Source of the DNA: Fonticula alba ATCC 38817
Lineage: Eukaryota; Protista; Nucleariida
DNA: 8,829 nucleotides
Assembly: GCA_000388065.2 (NCBI GenBank)
Contig: KB932201.1
Reading direction: 5' to 3' (one strand)
Positions 5,724-8,829 of the stretch are shown here, piece after piece; positions within the stretch are counted from its first letter, which is position 1; each line of letters begins with the position of its first letter. A program made the position numbers and the translations under genes. The notes under the pieces were generated by a model. The model saw only the letters and a list, made by a program, of their open reading frames with translations. It was not told where the DNA came from and made no database searches.

Positions 5724-7953
5724 CTGGGTGCAGGGAGGATGCCCATCGGACCGCAAGTTAGTTGCACGATTGGAGATGGGAAGCGGACAGGGACGCGGAT
5801 GTGGAAAGGGAGAGGCAGGGGGAAGGAGCATGGCAGCCTGGCGGGGGGCAAGAGGGCATACCTGTCCTTGGGATTGCGTGAGAGGCAGGCCACAATCAAA
5901 CGGTAGAAGGCCGGCGGGAAGCCCTCCTTCACGGTTCGCGGCAGCGGCGGGAAGGGCCGATCAAGTTTGTCGATGAAAATCTACACACAAATGGGGAAAG
6001 GTCCCGCACCCCCGAGGCAAGGTCAATACACAGCACGAAGTGCCCGCTCTCTGCAGGCAATGTAGGATCGAGGGAGGATAGTAGGCCTATCTGGAGGGGG
6101 GGGGGGGGGGGGGGGGGGGGGACGCACCTTCATCTGGGGCCAGTCGCTGTAAGGTGTGCAGCCATAGATCATCTCCAGGCAGGTGATGCCAAAGGCGTAG
6201 ATGTCTACCGCCGGGCCGTATGTCGAGTCCTGGGCAAGTAGCTCCGGCGCCATCCAGTCCGGCTCACCGATGAATGTGTGGGCCTCCGGCGAGATGGCCC
6301 CCGATGCGGCCACCGCTGGATCCCACATCTGGGCCGAGCATTGGCCTTCGGCGGCCTGTCGGGCCAGCGAGCAGAAGTACTCGGGGCGTTGTGAAAAGAG
6401 ACTCATATTGCTGAGGCCCGTCAAGCGGACCTGGCCATCTGGGTCGACAAGGATGTGCTCGGCTCGAATGTCACTGCGCAGCAGGGAGGCGTGCCGGTTA
6501 GATAGTGGCGCGAGGAGGGCGGCGGAGGGCCAAGAAGCAAGAGGAGTGGGGGAGTGGGGGGGGGGGGGAGGGCGGACGGGCGGACGCGTCCGGACGTACT
6601 TGTGGACAAGCCCGTGCGAGTGGAGATACACCATGGCACGAAGGACGGGGCGCAGCAGACATACGACAAATTGGAAGTCATTGAGCCCTGAGCCAGGCAT
6701 GTGCCCTGGCCCCGGGGCATCGTCATTGTCGCTATCCCGCGCCTCGGGGGCGGACGTGGCTGTCGTGGCAGCGGCAGCTGCTTGTGAAATGAGCCCGCTG
6801 ACCGAGCCCCCCGACATGAGGGGCATCAGCAGCCAGACACAGATGTCCCGGTCCTCTAGGGCTTCGCCAGCATCGGGCACCGGGTCGCCTTCCTCGAAAT
6901 CCCAGACAACCGGCGGGAGGGCGTCACCGGCCGACAGGTTACCAGACGAGACGGCGTCTGCACCCAGGGAATCCGCCTCCCCATCGCCATCCTCATTGGG
7001 CAGGGGATCCGCCGTGAAGGTTGCCAAGATGGGAAGAATGTGCGGATGGGAGAGGATCATCTGCCGCCAGAGGCAGATGCCGCGCTGTGTGTGCGTGCGT
7101 GTGTGTGTGTGCGCATATGAAGGAGGAAGGCAAGACAATTAGCGCTCTGCAAAGTGTGCCAAAGCCAGCCCCTGCCGAACGAAGGAGAGGCCGCACCATG
7201 GTGGCCTCCAGGCGCTCGAAGGACACGCGGATGCACTTGAGCGCAAAGAAACGGCTGGCCGTGTGCAGCGAATGCGGGCTCGGGGAGTGATGATGCCCGG
7301 AGGACGAGGCCGACGGCTGGGAGAGTTCATGCGCCGAGGTTGACTGGGAGGAGGGGACGCTGTGCGAGGAAATCAAATTCTGAAGCGCCAAATAGACAAC
7401 CACGCGGCCGGAACTGCCGTGTCCAATGGGCGTGAGGTGAATGTCGTAGTCGGCCAAAGAGGAGCAATAGGGTGGCCGCAGGTGCGCAGGGAGCCCGGCC
7501 GTGTGGATGTCACTGAGGGAGCTGACGGACAAGGACATGGGGTCTTGCCGGAGAAGATGGTTGGGAATGGGGGGAGGTGGCCGGCTGGGGGCCGGGTCCG
7601 TTGAGCCCTGTTCATGGTAGCCGTATGCGGACTGCGAAGAGCCCCGGCGGCGGAAGGGCTTGCGCTGGGTCAAGAGGAGGGTGGGGGGAGGAACAAGGGG
7701 CTAGGTCAGCAGGGCGGGAGGATGCAGGAGAGAGAGGGCGGGATGCGGCAGCGGGGGGNNNNNNNNNNNNNNNNNNNNNNNNNNNNNNNNNNNNNNNNNN
7801 NNNNNNNNNNNNNNNNNNNNNNNNNNNNNNNNNNNNNNNNNNNNNNNNNNNNNNNNNNNNNNNNNNNNNNNNNNGGGCTCGCACTCGGAATATGTCGGCA
7901 AGGCTGCGTTTCCGTTGGAGAGGGGGGGCGTTACCCGGCGTGGCGGAGGACAT
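5501..7953 (-). CDS. Ste20-family (GCK-VI FRAY/OSR1-SPAK / STLK) kinase-fold protein, probable STRAD-like pseudokinase, about 569 aa; complement(join(5501..5723,5862..5980,6128..6473,6600..7084,7197..7664,7885..7953))
   Basis: Subdomains in order after splicing: IGHGSSG (I), FALKCI (II), HPHILPILATF (IV), VWLLMPLMSGGSV (V), LRAMVYLHSHGLVHNDIRAEHIL (VI), VRLTGLS (VII), TFIGEPDWMAPE (VIII), DIYAFGITCLEM (IX), KIFIDKL (X), CLSRNPKDRPTALQILSHEIF (XI). Five GT-AG introns with compatible phases; exons sum to 1710 nt. The first exon and the C-terminus are less certain than the kinase core. Confidence 0.88.
5506..5511 (+). terminator. Candidate poly(A) signal AATAAA on +
   Basis: The only + strand AATAAA I noticed downstream of RhoGDI; it overlaps the last codons of the kinase-like gene in antisense. 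Confidence 0.25.
5724..5861 (-). other. Kinase-like gene intron 5 (138 nt, phase 2)
   Basis: GTATGC...CTAAC...CCCAG. Confidence 0.85.
5862..5980 (-). CDS. Kinase-like gene exon 5 (IFIDKLDRPFPPL...CLSRNPKD)
   Basis: Acceptor GTGTAG ending 5981; phase-2 donor GTATGC at 5861. Confidence 0.87.
5981..6127 (-). other. Kinase-like gene intron 4 (147 nt, phase 0)
   Basis: GTGCGT, C26 run, in-frame stop, TAG acceptor. Confidence 0.87.
6096..6121. repeat. G26 homopolymer in kinase intron 4
   Basis: Directly visible. Confidence 0.9.
6128..6473 (-). CDS. Kinase-like gene exon 4 (catalytic loop to subdomain IX)
   Basis: Acceptor GCAG ending 6474 with CTAAC at 6497-6501; donor GTGCGT at 6127. Confidence 0.9.
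6474..6599 (-). other. Kinase-like gene intron 3 (126 nt, phase 2)
   Basis: GTACGT...poly-C...CTAAC...GCAG; interrupts the HND codons. Confidence 0.88.
6600..7084 (-). CDS. Kinase-like gene exon 3 (alphaC to start of catalytic loop)
   Basis: Acceptor CACAG ending 7085 with CTAAT branch at 7138-7142; phase-2 donor GTACGT at 6599. Confidence 0.88.
7085..7196 (-). other. Kinase-like gene intron 2 (112 nt, phase 0)
   Basis: GTGCGG...CTAAT...(CA)n CAG. Confidence 0.85.
7197..7664 (-). CDS. Kinase-like gene exon 2 (N-terminal region, Gly loop, beta3 Lys)
   Basis: Pyrimidine tract, CTGAC and CCCAG acceptor ending 7665; in-frame TAG upstream at 7701-7703; donor GTGCGG at 7196. Confidence 0.85.
7665..7884 (-). 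other. Kinase-like gene intron 1 (contains the 116-N gap)
   Basis: GTGCGA...CTGAC...pyrimidine tract...CAG. Confidence 0.6.
7759..7874. other. Assembly gap (116 N)
   Basis: N run. Confidence 0.99.
7885..7953 (-). CDS. Kinase-like gene, putative exon 1 (MSSATPGNAPPLQRKRSLADIFR)
   Basis: gccATG at 7953 and phase-0 donor GTGCGA at 7884, matching the phase-0 acceptor at 7665. The intron spans an N gap. Confidence 0.6.
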
Positions 7954-8368
7954 GGCAGAGGTGTGGGCCGGAAGTACGGGGTATGCACACACGCGCACCC
8001 GCCCAGAGATCCAGACGGCGAGCCCACGCGAGGGGGAAGGAGGGAAAAAAGGGGACTTTGTGCGGGGACAGGGAGGAGGGGGGGGGGGGCTGCGTGGGTG
8101 CGCGCGATCGTTGCCTCTCTCAGCTGAAGCGGTATCGGCGCTTGGTGTGAGCTCTGTGCAGGTCGGGCGAGGGTGGCAGATTGGGCGGCTACAAGGGGAG
8201 AGGAGGGCCAGTGAGCAGGGGCAAAGAGGAGTGGAGGCTCGGGTTCGGCGGCCGGCGGGGGATGAGACACGGTCGCCATTTAATTGAGGGCGATCTCCTG
8301 GAATTTGGCCGTCCGGGTGGTCTGGCCGGATCTGGCCTTCTCTCGGAGCCGACCGAGGGCGCGGGCAT

Positions 8369-8395
8369 CTCTCTTTCTCTCTCTCTCTCTCTCTC
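8369..8395. repeat. (CT)n microsatellite
   Basis: Directly visible. Confidence 0.85.
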
Positions 8396-8542
8396 GGGCC
8401 AGGGAGGGGAGGAGGCCGCGCCCCTCGAAGGGCGGGTGGCTCCCCTTGCCCTGCCCGGCTGTGGTCGCGAACGCCCAGAAGCCCCGGCAGATGTGTGATG
8501 CTTTGTCGCGTCCTGGGCGCGATCCTAGAGACTCAACCCCTC

Positions 8543-8562
8543 GGGGGGGGGGGGGGGGGGGG
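8543..8562. repeat. G20 homopolymer
   Basis: Directly visible. Confidence 0.9.
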
Positions 8563-8687
8563 CCTGGCGGCCGGGCCCGAAGCCAGGGGGGCTATGTGAA
8601 CGCGCTCCGACCATACAAGCACCCTTCCGAGGGGCTCGCCCGCGGCATCATACTGTTCAATCCCACCCACCCCCAAGTCCCGCCCGC

Positions 8688-8688
<1 letters not shown>

Positions 8689-8751
<63 letters not shown>
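8689..8751. repeat. C63 homopolymer
   Basis: Directly visible; the exact length may be unreliable in an assembly. Confidence 0.9.
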
Positions 8752-8755
<4 letters not shown>

Positions 8756-8829
8756 CTTGCCCCCTATTTTCGCCACCGCCCCCTTCTCCTTCGCGTTTCC
8801 CACTCGGGATGCGGATTACATTGTCGCGG

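Noticed and set aside
6201-7142. 313-aa + strand ORF, and similar ORFs antisense to RhoGDI
   Set aside because: These are antisense shadows of GC-rich coding exons and have no motifs of their own.
6993-7673. Kinase start at 7673 (MTQRKP...)
   Set aside because: That codon is TTG, lying within a pyrimidine tract just before the acceptor at 7665, not a true ATG.
7701-8279. 192-aa ORF (MATVSHPPP...) as the kinase N-terminus
   Set aside because: It is in a different frame from the 7953 ATG, crosses the N gap, is Pro-rich and has no usable splice link that I could find. At most it is an upstream ORF.

Overview
Eukaryotic, intron-containing, very GC-rich DNA with many microsatellites, long G/C homopolymers and three N gaps. 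No prokaryotic features, CRISPR arrays, RNA genes or mobile elements are supportable. Two convergent spliced genes were reconstructed by hand. (1) A 4-exon, 190-aa Rho GDP-dissociation inhibitor on + (2647-3997). (2) A 6- or 7-exon, about 569-aa Ste20/GCK-VI-related kinase-fold protein on - (7953-5501 or 5422). The second looks like a STRAD-like pseudokinase: DFG reads GLS, HRDxKxxN reads HNDIRAEH, and the alphaC Glu appears to be Gly. It still keeps GxGxxG, the beta3 Lys and the catalytic Asp, and it carries a WDF motif inside an N-lobe insert instead of a C-terminal WEF. The 4850-5530 interval has strong splice and poly(A) signals on both strands that these two genes do not explain. Positions 1-1900 remain unresolved. 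GTGCGN donors and CTAAC branch points suggest a fungal-like or unicellular opisthokont genome, but this is only a guess. All family comparisons are from recalled sequences; no searches were run.
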